A stretch of 64,000 nt of DNA, from the NCBI RefSeq assembly GCF_058153355.1, contig NZ_CM177019.1; one strand, 5' to 3'. The translations under genes and the position numbers were made by a program. Of this stretch, positions 1 through 13,500 are shown piece after piece (the first letter of the stretch is position 1; each line of letters begins with the position of its first letter). The notes below the pieces were generated by a model. The model worked only from the letters and a program-made list of their open reading frames with translations. It made no database searches and was not told the DNA's origin.

Positions 1-1560
1 GATCCAGCACCCGTACCTGATAAACGTAGCTGCCGTCGGTCAGCGTGCGGCTGTCAGTGTAAGTCCACTGCGTACCGTTGGTGGTGAGCGTGGTCCAGGT
101 CGCGCCGCCATCGAGGCTAATCTGCGCCACTTCGCCGCTGGCAAGCCCCGCCCCCAGCGAACCGGTCAGCGTGAGCGTGGTATCGCTGGTGATAAAGTCG
201 GTGGCCGAACTCCCCGTATCGGTGCTGATGCTGGCGATGGTGAGCACCTGCACCGGGTTAACGGTGTCAATCTGCGCCGACTGGCTGCCGGTTGCGCCAA
301 CGTTGCCCGCTAAATCAACCACCCGCACCTGCCAGGTGGTGGTGCCGTTGGTCAGCGTACGCCCGTCCACATATGTCCAGTTCAGACCGTCTGCGGCAAC
401 AGTCACGTTCACCCAGGTTGCGCCGTTGTCGGTACTGATTTGCGCGAACTCATTAGCGCCGAGCGCCGCGCCCAGCACGCCGCGCACGGTAAGCGTGGTG
501 TCGCTGGTAATAAAATCGCTGCTGCTGGCTCCGGTGTCATCGCTGATACCGGTAATAGTGATGCTTTTCGCCGCTTCCGGGCTGATGGTGTCGACCACCA
601 CATTTTGCGTCGCGGTCTGCCCGACATTCCCCGCCAGATCCACCACCCGCACCGTGTAGTTCCATGTGCCGTCGGTGAGCGTGCGACTATCGGCATAGCT
701 CCAGCTGGTGCCAATAACGGTTAACGTAGTCCAGGTGACACCGCCGTCGAGGCTGATTTGCGCCCGTTCATCTGCCGCCAGCGCCGCGCCGAGCGTGCCA
801 CGCACGGTCAGCGTAGTGTCACGGGTCACAAAATCGCTGCTGCTTAACCCGGTGTCATCGCTGATGCCCGCAATGACGATGGTTTTGCTCGCCAGCGGCG
901 CGGTGGTATCCACGGTGACTATCTGGCTGGCGGTCGCGCCAATATTTCCGGCGGTGTCGATCACCCGTACCTGATAGTTGTAGTTACCGTCGGTCAGCGT
1001 GCGCCCGTCAAGATAAGTCCAGGTTAATCCATTTACCGCCAGATTCTGCCAGGTGGTGCCGCCATCGATACTGATTTGCGCGAACTCACCAGCAGAGAGC
1101 GCCGCGCCGAGCGTACCACTCACCGCAAGCGTCGTGTCGCTGGTAACAAAATCATTAGTGATCAATCCGGTATCTGTGGTGATCGCGCTGATGGCGATGG
1201 TTTTCACCGCTGGATCTGGCGCGATGGTGTCGATCACCACATTCTGGCTGTCAGTCGCGCCGACGTTGCCCGCCGCGTCAATGACCCGCACCTGATAGAG
1301 ATAATTGCCATCGGTCAGCGTGCGGCTGTCGTTATAGCGCCAGGTCGTGCCGGTAACGGTAAGCGTGGTCCAGGTTACGCCACCGTCGATACTGATTTGC
1401 GCCGTCTCGTTACTGGCAAGCGCGGCGGTGAGCGAGCCGTTGACCGCCACCGGGCTGACGCTGGTGATAAAGTCGCTGGCGCTAAGGCCTGTGTCGGCTT
1501 GCAGGGAATCAATATTAATGCCCATCGCCGGGGCGCTGAGATCGACGGTAATGGTGTGAT
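1..1560 (-). repeat. Second class of roughly 105-aa Ig-like repeats (ISLDGGATW...W.Y.DSRTLTDG.Y type), C-proximal part of the adhesin, continuing off-window
   Basis: Plus-strand alternate-frame ORFs at 78, 708, 1053, 1347 share VVQVxPPSxLICA strings at about 300-330 bp spacing; minus-frame translation at 2-169 and 661-718 gives the motifs. Boundary approximate. Confidence 0.55.
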
Positions 1561-4500
1561 TGCTGCTACCGATGTTGCCAATGGCATTGCTCACCGAAGC
1601 GTTAATCACATAGGCATTGCCGTCCGCCAGCGCGGTGACATCGGCGCTGCCGAGGGTGTAGCTCCAGCTACCACCGGTCTGCACCGTAGTGGTGTAGGTT
1701 TTACCGTTTAAGGTCAGAGTCAGCGTCTGCCCGACTGGGGCGGTGGTGGTGCCGCTGATCACCAAAGACGCGCCGTGTTCCGCCGCGTTCACCACATCAT
1801 CGCCCGCAAAGGTATTGATGGTGACCGTTGGCACGCCGCCATTCAACGTCACGCCACGGCTGGCGCTACCGGGGTTTCCGGCCTGATCGCTGACCGTCGC
1901 GCTGATGGTGTAGCTGCCGTCGCTTAATCCGGCAAACTGCTGCGCCGGAATAAATACCGACCAGCTTCCGCCACTGCCGACCGTTGCGGTCCAGTTTTGT
2001 CCGTTAAAGGTGACGCTCACCGTCTGGCCCGCTTCGGCGGTGGTGGTGCCGCTGATGGTCTGCCCGGCAAGCTGTTCGGCGTTGTTGATAATATCGTCAC
2101 CCGCCACGGTGGCGATGGTCACCGTTGGCGCAACGGTATCGACGGTCAGGGCGTGCGTGGTTTGACCGGGGTTACCCGCACGGTCGTTCACACTGGCGGT
2201 GATGGTCTGCGCGCCTTGCCCGAGTGCTGCCAGATCCGCCACAGGCACGTTCAGCGCCCAGGTGCCATTGGCGGCAACCGTAGCGGTATAGGTTTTGCCG
2301 CCAAAGGTGACAGTGACCGTCTGCCCCACTTCCGCGCTGGTCGAGCCGTTAAGGGTTAACGGCTGCTGCTGTTCGGCGGCGTTGAGTCGATCGTCCGTCG
2401 AAACGGTGTTGATGCTGATAACCGGCGCGGTGAGATCTACCGCCACGCTGCGCGAGGCCGTGGCGCTATTTCCTGCGCTGTCCTGGGCGGAGGCGCTAAC
2501 CGTGTAGCTGGTGCCATCCGCAAGTGCCGCGACGTCTGCCGCCGACACATTCACGCTCCAGCTCCCGTTGTTCTGAATGGTGGCGCTGTAGCCTTTGCCA
2601 TTAAGTAACACGGTCACCACCGTACCTGCGGCAAAGTTCGTTCCGGTGCCGCTCAGGGTCAGCGCACTGCCTGCTTCGGCGGCGTTAATAATATTATCGC
2701 CACTGATGGTGCTGACCGAGAGCGACACCACCGCCGTGTTCACCTGCACGTTGTGCGTCTGCGTGCTGCTGTTGCCTGCGCTATCGGTGATGGTGGCGCT
2801 GATGGTCACCGTGCCGTCCGCAAGGCCGGAAATCACACTGGCTGGCACGCCAACGCTCCAGTTGCCGCTGGCATCGGTGCTGGTAACGTACTGCTGCCCG
2901 GCGATGGTCACCACCAGGCGGTCACCTGCCACCGCGCCCGTGGCGGTGCCGCTGATAATCTGCGCCTGGTTATGTTCGATGTTGTTAATCACATCATCGC
3001 CCGCCACGGTGTTAAAGCTGATGACGGGCGCGGTGGTATCGACGGTGACGCCTTTGCTGGCGCTGCCAGGGTTACCCGCCAGATCGCTGACCGTGGCAGT
3101 CAGGGTGTAGCCGTTATTGGCAAGTGCGGTTAAGTCACTGGCAGGCAGCGTTAAGCTCCAGCTGCCGTCTGCCTGCACCGTGGTCTGGTAGTTAGTGCCG
3201 TTTAGCGTGACGGTGAGCGTTTGCCCGGTTTCCGCCGTGCTGGTGCCGGAAACCGTCACGCCCGCCGCCGCTTCGCTGGCGTTGATGATGTTATCGCTGG
3301 CAATGGTGTTGATGGTCACCGTTGGCGCGGCGCTATCAACGCTGTATTCATGCGTTGTCGTGGCGCTGTTGCCGTTGACGTTAGTCACCCGCACCTGGGC
3401 ACTGGCATCGCCGTCACGCAGAGCCGCCAAATCCGCAGTCGGAACGGTGGTGCTCCAGCTACCGTTAGCCGCCACCGTGGTGGTGTAAGTTTTGCCGCCA
3501 AAGGTAAGGGTAACGGTTTGCCCCGCTTCGACGCCGGATGTGCTACCGGAGAGCGTTAGCGCCGCACCTTTTTCAGTGGCGTTAATCACATCATCGCTGG
3601 TGATGCTGTTCAGGCTGATGGCGACGGTAGTGAGATCAACGGTCAGCGGATGGGTAATGCTGGTTTGTGTTCCGGCACTGTTCGCCCCGCTAACGGTAAT
3701 ATTCAGCGTTCCCGCAGGCCAGTTGCTGACATCCGCCGCCGGAATGCCGACGCTCCAGGTGCCGTTCGCCAACACCGCGGCGGCATAAGTTTGGTTATTT
3801 ATCACCACCGTCAACGCCGTCCCTGGCGCAAAGCCGGAGCTGCTCCCGGTGATCACCTGTGCCTGAGCGTGTTCGATGATATTGACCACATCATCGCCTG
3901 CGACGGTATCTACCCGCAGGCCAGGCAGACTGGCATCTATAGTGATATCGCGCGTGCTGCTGCCGGTATTGCCAACGGCGTTGGTCACCGAGGCGTTAAC
4001 CGTTAATTCACCGTTACCTAACGCCTGCCAGTCAGCGGCTGGTACGCTTACATTCCAGCTTAAATCAGCCTGCACGGTGGCGGTGTAAGTTTTACCGCCC
4101 AGCGTAACGGTGACGGTGCTGCCCGCCGCCGCCCCGGTTACCTGGCCGCTGATGGTTTGTGCGCTACCCGCTTCGGCGGCATTGATAATGTCGTCCGTCG
4201 CCACCGGATTAATGGTGACGCCTGGCAGCGCGGTATTGACCTGCACATTATGGCTGGCAGTACTGCTGTTGCCCTGGGCGTTGGTGACGCTCGCCATCAC
4301 GCTGTAGGTGGCTTCGCCCAGCGCACTGACCGCCGAGGCGGGCACGGTGACGCTCCAGTTGCCGGAGGCATCGGTGGTGGCGCTGTAGTTTTGTCCATTC
4401 AGCGTGACGGTGATCGCCGTGCCCGCAGGCTGATCGCTGGTGCCGGAAAGCGCCAGATTCGATCCTTTTTCCGTCGCGTTGATCACGTCATCGCCCGCGA

Positions 4501-7500
4501 TGGTGTTGATGCTAATCGCTGGCGCGGTGAGGTTAACGGTGACGGTTCGGCTGGCGTCGTCGCTGTTGCCCGCCCGATCGCTGACGCTGGCGGTGATGGT
4601 CTGTGCGCCGCTACTGAGTGCCGCAACATCCGCTGCTGGAACGCCAACGCTCCAGTTGCCGGAGGTATCCAGCGTCGTGGTATACGTTTTGCCATTGAGC
4701 ACAACGCTCACCACATCGCCCGCTTCCCCGCCCGTGCTGGTACCGGAGATCACCAGCGCCTGTGCGTGTTCGGCGTCGTTAATGATGTCATCGCCTGCCA
4801 CGGTGTTAATGGTGAGAACCGGCGCGGTGGTGTCTACCGCCAGATTATGGCTGGCGCTGCCGGGATTGCCCGCTTTGTCGTTGACCGTGGCGCTGACGGT
4901 GTAATTGCTTGCGGTGAGCGCGACCAGGGCTGAAGTGGGAACGCTGACGCTCCAGCTACCGTCCTCCTGTACATTACCGGTGTAAGTTGCGCCGTTAAGG
5001 GTGACGGTGACCGTCTGCCCGGTTTCGGCGGTGCTGGTGCCGCTGATGGTGAGCGGGTTTCCCGCCTCCGTGGCGTTAAGAATATCGTCGCTGGCGATGA
5101 TGTTAATGGTGAGCGTCGGTGCGCTGGCATCAACGCTATACGCATGAGTTGCCGACGCGTTGTTGCCGCTCGCGCTGCTGACACTGGCCTGCACGTTCGC
5201 CGCGCCGTCTGGCAGGCTTGCCAAATCTGCCGCTGGAACGTTCACGCTCCAGCTACCGTTGGCGGCGACGCTTGCGGTGTAGGTTTTGCCGCCAAAAGTG
5301 ACGGTTACGGTTTGCCCGCTTTCAATCCCGCTGGTGCTGCCAGAAAGGGTCAGGTCGGTGCCTTTTTCAGCGGCGTTAATTACGTCATCGCTGGCAACGG
5401 TGTTGATGCTGATTGCCACAGCCGTTAAATCGACGGTGAACGGATGGCTGACGCTGACCGGGTTTCCGGCGCTGCTCTGTCCTGTCACGTCAACGGTTAA
5501 CGGCCCCGCTGGCCAGGCGCTGACGTTTACTGCCGGAATACCGACGCTCCAGCTCCCGTCTGCCTGTACCGTGGCAGAATAAGCCACACTGTTGATGGAA
5601 ACCGTCAGCACAGCACCTGCATTCAGGCCACTACTGCCACCAGTGATCACCAGTGCCTGACCATGCTCGATGCTGTTGACGATATCATCGCCCGCCACGG
5701 TATCCACGCGCAGCCCCGGCAGGTTGGCATCAATGGTGATATCCCGCGTGCCGCTACCGGTGTTGCCATTCGCGTTGGTGACCGAGGCGGTAATGGTCAA
5801 ATCACCATTGCCCAACGCCTGGAGATCGGCTGCCGGAACGCTGACGCTCCAGCTTAAGTTGCCCTGTACCGTAGCGGTGTAAGTGTTACCGCCCAGCGTC
5901 ACGGTGACTGTATCGCCAGCGGCGGCGCGGGTCACCACCCCGCTGATGGTTTGATCGGCCCCGGCTTCGGCGGCGTTGATAATATCGTCGTCCGCCACGG
6001 TATTGATGGTGACGCCTGGCAGGCCGCTGTCGACCAGTAAATTCGCCTGGCTGCTGGCGGTGTTGCCTGCCGCACTGGTGGCGCTGGCGCTGACGGTATA
6101 GTTAGCCTGACCTAAGGCCGCCAGATCGCTCACCGGCACGGTTAAGGTCCAGTTGCCTGCTGCGTCGGTGGTAGCGCTGTAGTTATGACCGTTGAGCGTG
6201 ACGGTAACCTGTGCGCCGGTCGCCAGCCCCGTACTGCTACCGCTGATGGTCAACGGCTGGCCTTTTTCATCGGCGTTCAGGACGTTATCGCTGCTGATGG
6301 CGTTAAAGGTAATGGTCGGCAGCCCGGTATTGACCGTCACCTGATGGGTGGCGCTGCCGCTGTTTCCGGCGGCGTCAGTGACGCTGGCGTTAATGGTCAC
6401 CGTGCCGTTTGCCAGTGCCGAAACAACGCTTGCCGGGACGCCGACGCTCCAGTTGCCGCTGGCATCCAGCACCGTGGTGAAGGTATTTGTGCCGATAGTC
6501 ACCGTCACGGTGTTACCGGTTGCCGCACCAGTGGCAGAGCCGCTGATAATCTGCGCCTGGGCGTGTTCCGTCGCGTTGATCACATCATCACCCGCGACAG
6601 TGTTGATGGTGACGACCGGAACGGAAGTATCCACCGTCAGGTTGTGGTTAACCGAGGTCGGGTTTCCGGCCTTGTCGCTCACCGCCGCGCTGACGGTGTA
6701 GTTGCTGGCGGTCAGAGCGCTTAAGTCGGCTGGCGGTACGCTGATACTCCAACTGCCGTCCGTTTGTACCGTGCCAGTATAGTTTGCGCCATTGAGCGTG
6801 ACGGTCACCGTCTGCCCGGCTTCCGCCGTGCTGCTGCCGGTGATGGTCAGCGCAGCTCCCGCTTCGGCGGCGTTAAGAATGTCGTCGCCCGCGATGGTGT
6901 TGATGGTCACCGTTGGCGCGCTGGCATCGACGCTGTAAGCGTGGGTCGTGGTGGCGCTGTTGCCGTTAACATTACTGACGCTGGCCTGCGCGCTGGCATC
7001 ACCATCACGCAGGGCTGCCATATCTGCCGCCGGAACCGTGGTGCTCCACGAACCATTCGCCGCGACGCTTGCGCTATATGTTTTGCCGCCAAAGGTCACA
7101 GTGACCGTTTGTCCGGCTTCGACACCAGAAGTGCTGCCGGAGAGCGTTAACGCCGCGCCTTTTTCGGCGGCGTTAATCACATCATCGGCGGTAATGGCGT
7201 TGATGCTGACAGCCACCGCCGAGAGATCGACAGTCACCGGATGCGTAACGCTGACCGGGTTTCCGGCGGTAGTGCTGCCGCTCGCCGTAATCGTCACCGC
7301 CCCCGCAGGCCAGGCGCTGACATCCACCGCCGGAACGCCGACGCTCCAGGTGCCATCCGCCAGCACTGCCGCAACATAGGTTTGCCCGTTAATGGTCAGC
7401 GTGACATTGCTACCCACCGCCAGCCCAGAGCTGCTGCCGGTAATCACCAGCGCCTGACCGTGCTCGATAATGTTGACCACATCATCGCCCGCCACGGTAT

Positions 7501-10500
7501 CGACCCGCAGACCGGGGAGATTCGCGTCTATGGTGATTTCGCGCGTGCCGTTACCGGTATTGCCTACGCTGTTCGTTACCGAAGCCGAAATGGTCAGCTC
7601 TCCGTTGCCCAACGCCTGTAACGCCGAAGCCGGAACATCGACACTCCAGCTTAAGTCTGCCTGTACCGTAGCGGTGTACGTCGCCCCACCGAGCGTCACG
7701 GTCACCGTATCGCCCGCCGCGGCCCTCGTGACCTGCCCGCTGATAGTTTGAGTTGCCCCCGCTTCGGCGGCGTTAATAATATCGTCCGTTGCCACAACGT
7801 TAATGGTGACGCCCGGTAGCGCGGTATTAACCTGCACGTTATGGCTGGCGGAACCGCTATTGCCATCAACATCGGTTGCGGCGGCAGTCACCGTATAAGT
7901 CGCTTCACCGAGCGTACCAACCGCAGACGCCGGAACAGTCACGCTCCAGTTCCCGGAAGCATCGGCAGTGGTGGTGTAATTTTGCCCGTTGAGCGTAACA
8001 GTTACCTGCGTGCCCGCAGGCTGGTTGCTGGTGCCGGAAATCGACAGATCCGCGACTTTCTCCGTGGCGTTGATGATGTCATCGACGGCGATGGTGTTAA
8101 TGGCGAGTATCGGTGTACCGAGCGCCACGCTGACAGTGTGCGAGGCCGTGCCGCTGTTGCCTGCGGAGTCGGTAACCGTGGCGGTAATGGTCACATCGCC
8201 CTGGGCCAGCGCGGAAATCACGCTGGCAGGCACGCCGATGCTCCAGTTGCCGTTGGCGTCCAGCACGGTGGTGTAGGTGGTCGTGCCAATCGTCACGGAA
8301 ACCGTGTTACCCGTCGTCGCGCCCGTTGCCGAGCCGCTGATAATCTGCGCCTGAGCATGTTCCGTGGCGTTAATGATGTCATCGCCCGCTACCGTGTTAA
8401 TGGTGACGACCGGAGCGGCAAGATCCACCGTCAGGTTATGCGTTGCCGAGGTTGGGTTGCCCGCTTTGTCGCTGACCGCCGCGCTCACCGTATAGGGGCT
8501 GGCGGTAAGGTCGGCTAAATCGCCAGTTGGTACGCTGACGCTCCAGCTCCCGTCTGCCTGCACGTTGCCGCTGTAATTGATGCCGTTTAGCGTCACGGTC
8601 ACTGTCTGCTCGGCTTCTGCGGTGCTGGTGCCGCTGATGGTCAGCGCCGATCCCGCTTCGGCGGCATTAATAATGTCATCGGTTGCCACTGCGTTAATGG
8701 TAACGCCAGGTAAGGCGCTGTTGACCAGCACATTATGGCTGGCGGAATTACTGTTGCCTGCCGTGTCGGTAACGCTCGCCGTTACCGTGTAGTTGGCTTC
8801 ACCCAACGCGCTAGCTGCCGAGGCTGGAACCGTAGCGCTCCAGTTGCCACTGCTATCGGTGGTAGCGGTGTAATTTTGCCCGTTCAGCGTCACCGTTATT
8901 GTGGTGCCTGCGGGCTGATTACTGGTGCCGGTGATTTGCAGATCCGCGCCTTTTTCTGTGGCGTTAATCACGTCATCGCTGGCGATAGTATTGATACCTA
9001 TCGTTGGCGAGGTGAGATTCACGGTGACCGTACGGCTGGCATCATCGCTGTTGCCTGCTACATCGGTAATTGCCGCAGTGATGGTTTGCGGGCCGCTGCC
9101 CAGCGCAGTGACGTCTGCTGCCGGAACGCCGACGCTCCAGTTGCCGGAGGCGTCCAGCGTGGTAGTGTAGGTTTTACTGTTTAACGTGATGGTGATGACA
9201 TCGCCCGCTTCCCCGCCAGTGCTGGAACCGGAGATCACAAGCGCCTGTCCGTGTTCGGCGGCGTTAATGATGTCATCGCCGGAGACGGTGTTAATGGTTA
9301 AAACTGGCACGGTGAGATCCACCGCCAGGCCGTGAGTGGCGGTCGCCGGGTTACCCGCTTTGTCGCTTACCGAGGCGCTAACCGTGTACGGGCTGGCGGT
9401 CAGATTGCTGAGATCTGTTGTCGGCACGCTGACGCTCCAGCTACCGCCCGCCTGAACGGTGCCGATGTAAGCCACACCATTAAGCGTGACGGTTACCGTT
9501 TGCCCCGCTTCCACGCCGGAAGTACTGCCGGAAAGGGTTAAATCTGCCCCTTTTTCGGCGGCGTTAATCACATCATCGCCGGAAACGGTGTTAATGGAGA
9601 TCGCCACCGCTGCCAGATCGACGGTGACCGGATGGGTGATGGTGGAGGTTGTTCCGGCAGTGTTAGTGCCGCTTACCGTGATATCCACCGTCCCCGCAGG
9701 CCAGTTGCCCACATCTGCTGCCGGAACGCCAAGGCTCCATGTGCCATCGGCTAATACTGTCGCAGCGTAAGTGACCGTGTTAATCACCACCGTCAGCGCC
9801 GCGCCCGCCGCCAGCCCGCTGCTGCTACCGGTTATCACCAGTGCCTGACCGTGCTCGATGCTGTTAACCACATCATCGCCCGCCACGGTATCAACGCGCA
9901 GACCTGGCAGATTGGCATCTATCACAATATCGCGCGCACCGCTGCCGGTATTACCCACGCCGTTGGTTACCGAGGCGTTAACTGTCAGGTCGCCATTACC
10001 GATGGCCTGAATATCCGCCGCCGGAACGTCCACGCTCCAGCTTAAATTGCCCTGCACAGTAGCGGTGTAGGTTTTCCCGCCAAGCGTCACGGTAACCGTA
10101 TCGCCCGCCGCCGCGCCCGTCACCTGGCCGCTGATGGTCTGCGCCACGCCCGATTCCGCCGCGTTAATAATATCGTCGGTCGCCACCGGATTAATGGTGA
10201 CACCCGGCAGCGCGGTATTCACCTGCACGTTATGGCTGGCGGAATTGCTATTGCCCGCGCTGTCGGTGACGTTCGCCGTCACCGTGTAGCTGGCTTCGCC
10301 CAGCGCACCGACGGCAGAGGCTGGCACCGTGGTGCTCCAGTTGCCTGCGGCGTCCGTCGTGGCGGAGTAATTTTGCCCGTTAAGCGTCACCGTAATTGTG
10401 GTGCCTGTTGGCTGATTACTGGTGCCGGAAATTTGCAGATCCGCGCCTTTTTCGGTGGCGTTAATTATGTCATCGGTAGCGATGGTATTAATGCCAATAG

Positions 10501-13500
10501 TCGGCACGGTAAGGTTGACGGTGACCGTATGCGTCTCGTTGTCGCTGTTACCTGCCACATCGGTAACGGTGGCTGTCACGGTTTGCGGGCCGCTGCCCAG
10601 CGCAGAGACATCCGCAGCCGGAACGCCGACGCTCCAGTTTCCGGAGGCATCCAGCGTCGTGGTGTAGGTTTTACTATTTAGCGTGACGCTGACAACATCG
10701 CCCGCTTCTCCGCCGGTGCTGGAACCGGAAATCACCAGCGCCTGCCCGTGTTCGGCGGCGTTAATAATATCATCGCCCGCAATGGTGTTAATGGTCAGTA
10801 CCGGAACGGTGAGATCCACCGCCAGATTATGCGTGGTGCTCGCCGGGTTGCCCGCTTTGTCATTGACCGTCGCCGTCAGGGTATGGCTGCCATCGGTCAG
10901 AGCGGCAAGATCTGCCGCCGGAATATTAATACTCCAGCTGCCGTCGGCCTGTACCGTTGCCTGATAGGTCTGCACAGTTGGGCTGTTAAGCGTTACCGTA
11001 ACAATCTGCCCCGCTTCAGCGGTGGTGCTGCCGCTCACCGTCACGCCCGTATCGGCTTCGCTGGCGTTAACGATATTGTCGCTGGCAACGGTATTGATAA
11101 TGATGGTTGGCGCGCTGCTGTCGACGCTGTAGTTATGCACCGCCGAGGCGCTATTGCCATTGATATTGCTGACGCTGGCCTGCGCGGAGGCGCTGCCCTC
11201 AGGTAATGCTGCCAGATCGGCGGCAGGAACGGTGGCAGTCCAGCTACCATCGCTCGCCACGCTGGCGGTGTAATTTTTCCCGCCAAAGTTGACGGTGACG
11301 GTTTGTCCTGGCTCTACATTAGTGGTGGTGCCGGAAAGGGTTAAATCAGCGCCTTTTTCTGCGGCGTTAATCACGTCGTCCGTGGCGATGGTGTTGATTG
11401 TGATCGCCGCCGGCGTGAGATCCACCGTTACCGGATGCGTAATGCTTATCGGATTTCCGGCGCTACTTTCCCCGGATACAGCAATAGACACCGTCCCCGC
11501 AGGCCAGGCGCTAACCTGCGCCGCCGTGACGCCCACGCTCCAGCTACCATCGGCCTGCACCGCAGTGGTGTATTCCACATTATTAATCGTAACTGTAAGC
11601 GGGGTGCCTTCAGCCAGCCCCGAGCTGCTGCCGGTGACCACCAGCGCCTGCCCGTGTTCGATGATATTGACCACATCATCGCCCGCTACCGTATCGACCC
11701 GCAGACCGGGCAGATTGGCGTCGATGGTGATATCCCGCGTGCCGCTGCCGGTGTTGCCGTTTTGATTGGTGACCGAGGCGCTCACCGTTAAATCACCATT
11801 ACCCAGCGCCTGAATATCCGCCGCCGGAACGCTCACGCTCCAGCTTAAATTGGCCTGCACGGTGGCGGTGTAAGTATTACCGCCCAGCGTAACGGTTACC
11901 GTGTCGCCAACGGCAGCTCCGGTAACCTGCCCGCTGATGGTTTGCGCTACGCCCGCTTCGGCGGCGTTAATAACATCGTCGGCTGCCACCGGGTTAATGG
12001 TCACGCCGGGCAGCGCGCTGTCGACCAGCACGTTATGGCTGGCGGTGGCGCTGTTGCCGATATCGCTGGTCACCGCCGCCGTTACCGTATAGTTGGCCTG
12101 GCCCAGTGCGGTTACCGCCGATGCCGGAACGGTGACGCTCCAGTTGCCGGAGGCGTCGGTCGTGGTGGTGTAATTTTGCCCGTTCAGCGTCACGGTGATG
12201 GCGGTATTAACAGGCTGATCGCTGGTGCCGGTAATCTGGAGATCGGCTCCTTTTTCGCTGGCGTTGATCACATCATCGCCCGCAATGCTGTTAATGCCGA
12301 TAAGGGGCGCAGCGGTATTGACCGTGACAGTCAGTGACTGGCTGCCCGTGTTTCCTGCGCGGTCGGTTACCGAGACGCTGACAGGATAACTGCCGTCCAC
12401 CAGTCCGCTGACAACGGAAGCCGGAACGCCCAGGCTCCAGTTGCCGGAAGCATCTACCACCGTGGTGTAATCCACATCATTCAGCGTAACGGTGACGATA
12501 TCGCCCGCCTGAGCGCCAGTAACCGTGCCGCTGATGATTTGCGCCTGGGTATGTTCCGGCGTGTTAATGACGTTATCGGTCGCCACCGGATTAATGGTTA
12601 CCACCGGCGGCGTGGCATCGACCAGCGCCACGCGTGAAACGTTGCTCGGGTTACCCGCGACATCGTTCACGCTGGCGGTCACCGTGGCGTTGCCGTCAGC
12701 CAGCGCGCCCACGTTGGCGGCGGGAACGGTCACGCTCCAGGTGCCATCTGACTGCACGACGCCCTGATAGGTCTGCCCATTCAGCGTAACGGTCACCGTC
12801 TGCCCCGGCTGAGCGTCGGTGGTGCCCGTGATTTGCAGATCCTGACCACTTTCGGCGGCATTAATGATGTTATCAGCCGTCAGCGAGTCAATGCTTAAGG
12901 CCGGGGCCTGGCTGTCGACGGTAATGGTGCGGGAGGTGTCGCCTGTGTTACCGCTGATATTAGTGACGGTCGCAGTGATTTCCGCCGCACCGTCTGCCAG
13001 GCTACTCACCGCGCTGGCGGGAACGGTCAGGCTCCAGCCGCCACCTGCCTGAACGGTAGTGGTAAAGGTCTGCCCGGCGAATTTCACTACTACGGTTTGC
13101 CCGGTTTCCACCAGCTGCGTGGTACCGGTCAGCGTCAATGGCGCGCCTTTTTCTGCGGCATTGATAATGTCATCGCCGGAGACGGTATTGATGGTAATAA
13201 GCACCGCGCCCGGATTAACCTCCACGTTGCGATCGATAGTAACCGGGTTCCCGGCGGGGTCCGTTGCGCTGGCATTAACCACTATCGTACCCGGCGTCAG
13301 TGCCTGTAGATCTGCCGCAGGCACGCCTACCTGCCAGTTGCCGTTGCTGTCGGTCACCCCCTGGTAGGTGTTGCCGCCGAGCAAAACAGTGACCACTCTT
13401 CCGGCGGGCAAATTAGTACTGCTACCGGTGATAATCAGGTTTTGCTGCTGCTCAACGGCATTGATCACATCATCGCCCGCGATGGTGTCAATGCGCAGCC